The position numbers and the translations under genes were made by a program. A stretch of DNA of 64,000 bases from Alphaproteobacteria bacterium (GTDB taxonomy: Bacteria > Pseudomonadota > Alphaproteobacteria > Caedimonadales > UBA1908), in the NCBI GenBank assembly GCA_021298595.1, contig JAJTHL010000004.1:10070-74069 (forward strand), read 5' to 3'. The notes below the pieces were generated by a model. It did no database searches. It was not told the DNA's origin and worked only from the letters and a program-made list of their open reading frames with translations. This document shows positions 61,055-64,000 of this stretch, in pieces. Every line of letters begins with the position of its first letter. Within the stretch, counting starts at the first letter, position 1.

Positions 61055-61855
61055 GTCCTCTTCGGCCTGATAGCCCAAAATGAAAAGCCGCTGAAAGGGC
61101 ACAATCAGGTTACCATTTGCTTGACTCTCGTACTGGCTTTTGATTGCCTCAAGGTATAATGCTTCAAACGTGGCTTGGTCTTTTTCGTCAAGACGGGCAA
61201 AAACAGGCCTCAACGCTGTCCCTTTCACCCACTGAAAAATGTCACGTGTCGATGGCATTTCATGAAAGTATGTGGTTTGCCAGCATGTGATCTGTGAAAA
61301 ACCAGCGCTGGCAAAATAGTCATAGTAAGTTCGCGGGTCATAAAGGGGTTTACTTAGAAGCCCAAACTTTAGATGGGAGAGAATATACATCCATTCCACT
61401 TTATTTTTGAGGATGTGAATAATCGTTTGATGGGTGGGGGCATGGAAGTTATTCGGCATTTGAATGGCCAGCATTCCACCCGGTTTTAAGGACGCTTTTA
61501 GGATCGGAATAAGACGCGTATGATCTTGAATCCATTGGAGAGAGGCGTTAGCCATTAAAAGATCAGCTTTTGGGAAGGCGGACAAATCCATCATGTCCTG
61601 CATCACGAATAACACTTCAGGATATGTTTGGCGCGCGATTTCTAGCATCTTATGGGACGTATCAAGGCCCATGACGCGACTTCCGGGAAATCTTGCCTCT
61701 AGAAGCGCTGTACTGTTACCTGTTCCGCACCCTAAATCGTAGACGATTTTAGGAGAAAACTCTTCAGGAATAGCGGCCACTAAATCTTGCACTGGTCTTG
61801 TGCGCAACGCTAAATACTGCATATACGTGCGTCCATCCCAAATATCCTCAGACAC
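61040..61855 (-). CDS. tam: Trans-aconitate 2-methyltransferase
   Basis: RTRP..DL, DLGCGTGNST, NASLQW, LAIQMP.N and WVKGTALRP motifs. Confidence 0.88.
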   Translation of the reverse strand: MSEDIWDGRTYMQYLALRTRPVQDLVAAIPEEFSPKIVYDLGCGTGNSTALLEARFPGSRVMGLDTSHKMLEIARQTYPEVLFVMQDMMDLSAFPKADLLMANASLQWIQDHTRLIPILKASLKPGGMLAIQMPNNFHAPTHQTIIHILKNKVEWMYILSHLKFGLLSKPLYDPRTYYDYFASAGFSQITCWQTTYFHEMPSTRDIFQWVKGTALRPVFARLDEKDQATFEALYLEAIKSQYESQANGNLIVPFQRLFILGYQAEEDLAKG

Positions 61856-61866
61856 CCTTTATCTCC

Positions 61867-62826
61867 TTATAAGTGATGATGAAGCACCTTACCTAAATCA
61901 ACGGTAAGACCAATCATTTCAGGCGGGGCCACTTCATTAAAGCTGGTTTCGGCATATCCTTGATGCAGATAAAATCCTTTAACATTTATGGGCGCATGAA
62001 GCCTTATGAGTTCAACACCGCTTAAATGCATCCATCTTTCTAGTTGACCGATAAAATAGGCTCCAAGGCCCTTGCCTTGAAAAAGGGGATCTATGACGAG
62101 CGCGCGAATGACACCGTGCCTGGCCCCTGGCATCTCTACGCGCGCGGCCCCCACATGGGTCTGTCCAAGATAAAGGACAAAACAATAAGCATGGGCGTAG
62201 GCGGGGACCTGAAGGAGCCCATCATATGCCCGTTGGTACGGATCATAGAGCTGCTCTTTACACAAGCGGTGATAGCTTTGCCATTCGCTCTCTAGAAGGG
62301 CCTCCACAAGGCGGAGACCCTTCCAGCCAGCTTTCATTTCGATTGCACGGATCAAGGGTTCTTTTTCAAGACAGTAACCCATGGGATCATCGGCGTATAA
62401 TCCTGCCAAGGTCTGTTTAAGATCCCCGTATAGTTTGCGGTCTTGGGGATGCTCTCTCAACCAATCTCGAAACAGCAGATGTCTATCAATTTCTGGCGAA
62501 CCCGCTTCATAGACATGGACGTGGTAGGCGCAGACGTCATTTCTCTTTTTAAAAAATCTCCTAAAGGGGATCCCTTTTTCGCCAAGGCACTCATAGCCCA
62601 AACGCTCCATCTGCGCATTATGAATATCCACACGGTCGATGTGGTGGACCACAGGTAAAAGGTCGATTGTGGGTTTCGATACAAGCCCTGGTACTGCCGT
62701 TGAGCCAAAATGGTGGATGTCCAAGCACCCCTCACCTAAAGCGATTCTCACACGGCGCGCTTCTTCTTCAAAAAGCGTCGACCACCTAAGATCGTGGGGT
62801 ATAACCTTTATGGGACAGAGCGACAT
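61867..62826 (-). CDS. GrpB (UPF0157) nucleotidyltransferase-fold domain fused to GNAT domain
   Basis: HFGSTAVPGL..KP.ID, H.H and FRDWLR motifs; C-terminal FQGKGLG...FY...GY. Confidence 0.85.
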   Translation of the reverse strand: MSLCPIKVIPHDLRWSTLFEEEARRVRIALGEGCLDIHHFGSTAVPGLVSKPTIDLLPVVHHIDRVDIHNAQMERLGYECLGEKGIPFRRFFKKRNDVCAYHVHVYEAGSPEIDRHLLFRDWLREHPQDRKLYGDLKQTLAGLYADDPMGYCLEKEPLIRAIEMKAGWKGLRLVEALLESEWQSYHRLCKEQLYDPYQRAYDGLLQVPAYAHAYCFVLYLGQTHVGAARVEMPGARHGVIRALVIDPLFQGKGLGAYFIGQLERWMHLSGVELIRLHAPINVKGFYLHQGYAETSFNEVAPPEMIGLTVDLGKVLHHHL

Positions 62827-62977
62827 TGCTTCCAGACCCTATATTGCTCATAGGACATAGAATAGCGTTTTTTTTGAGATTGACCCATTGCTTTTCATCT
62901 CCTGGGAAAAGATAAGATTTTTTTTCAAAGTGTGATATGATGTCAGCGTTCAAAAATAAAAGGGAAGGACAGAAAAT

Positions 62978-63556
62978 ATGTCAAAAAAAATTGTCGTCGT
63001 TTATCATAGTGGGTATGGCCATACTGCAAAAGTTGCAGACGCGGTGGTCGAGGGCGTCAAAAAAGGAGGCGCGCACGTTGACCAACTGAGTATTGATGAA
63101 AACGGGCAACTAAGTGACGCTGCATGGGCACTTTTGGACGCGGCGGATGCCATTATTATGGGGACACCTACTTATATGGGGGGGCCCTCCTGGCAATTCA
63201 AGCGTTTTGCCGATGCATCCTCCGTGCGGTGGTTAAAAGGGATGTGGCGCGATAAAGTGGCGGCAGGGTTCACAAACTCCGGCTCGCTGAGTGGTGACAA
63301 GCTTGCCACCCTTCAACAGCTAAGCGTTCTTGCCATGCAGCATAGTATGATTTGGGTTGGCCTGGGAGAGAGCATTCCACAACCCAAGGGCACTGAGATG
63401 CCGACCATCTCTGATATCAACCGTATCGGAAGCTTCACGGGTTTAATGACACAATCTAACAATGAGTCAGCTGAGATTGTTCCACCTCAAGGTGATCTTG
63501 AAACAGCACGCCTATTTGGAGAGCGTGTTGCCACCTTGTGCAAGCGTTTTTCTTAA
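62978..63556 (+). CDS. Flavodoxin-like NAD(P)H:quinone oxidoreductase (WrbA family)
   Basis: YHSGYGHT, GTPTYMG, FTNSG...GDK and QHSMIWVG motifs. Confidence 0.92.
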   Translation: MSKKIVVVYHSGYGHTAKVADAVVEGVKKGGAHVDQLSIDENGQLSDAAWALLDAADAIIMGTPTYMGGPSWQFKRFADASSVRWLKGMWRDKVAAGFTNSGSLSGDKLATLQQLSVLAMQHSMIWVGLGESIPQPKGTEMPTISDINRIGSFTGLMTQSNNESAEIVPPQGDLETARLFGERVATLCKRFS

Positions 63557-64000
63557 CTTGACCCAGGGGCCCCTTGAATCCTCTGGCGTCAAGGCGCCTC
63601 TGTGCACGCTTAGGGTGCATGACAGACGTACTTTTGGCTCTTTATTAGGGGATCTTTAGGGTGATACTCGAGGGTATCGTGGCCCCTGTTAATGTTTAAC
63701 GGGCGCCGTCTTTTGATTTGCCGTTACCCCGTATGTCCCCTCAAGGATAATCATTTTTTGAAGAAGTCCCCACTTTTACTCCCGCGACACTTTCATCACA
63801 AAAAGACTAGGCCCCCCTTACTAGATAACACTTTGTGATCACTTGCAAAGTAAACACGCAAGCCCCCACCAAAAATGAAAAAAAACCATTCACCCTACGC
63901 GCGACCATTTTAAATACGGCGTGTCACGCGGTAGCTTTAAGTATTTAAGAAAACGACAAAGTTTGCTTTTAAATCCTCGCGGGGAGCCTCGCTCTCTAAA

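Noticed and set aside
1..64000. CRISPR array, IS elements, rRNA or recognisable anti-phage defence systems
   Set aside because: No regularly spaced repeats, transposase or cas motifs, or rRNA signatures seen by eye.

Overview
Chromosomal window from an alphaproteobacterium. MucR/Ros, the miaB-phoH-ybeY-corC-lnt block and an RcGTA-like head module support this; a host-associated Holosporales/Rickettsiales-like lineage is my inference. In order, the window contains: (1) a GTA-like structural module (portal, prohead protease, HK97 capsid, three neck genes) with no adjacent terminase, no tail tube and only a 62-aa ORF where a tape measure is expected; (2) an orphan ABC substrate-binding gene with a His-rich leader ORF; (3) an AT-rich rml/wzm-wzt polysaccharide locus with two sulfotransferase-family genes; (4) an orphan chemoreceptor; (5) argR divergent from a polar amino-acid ABC transporter; (6) a catalytically altered subtilase and an LprI-ankyrin protein; (7) an arn (L-Ara4N) operon lacking both formyltransferase and deformylase; (8) a Bcr/CflA pump with a leader-peptide and hairpin 5' region; (9) tRNA-Arg(CCT) and a translation housekeeping block (rpsD, lepA, pheST, rplT, rpmI, infC, thrS); (10) LPS glycosyltransferases, an RND pump and several small enzymes. 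I saw no CRISPR array, rRNA, integrase or transposase. All family calls come from motif recognition by eye; no database search was run.
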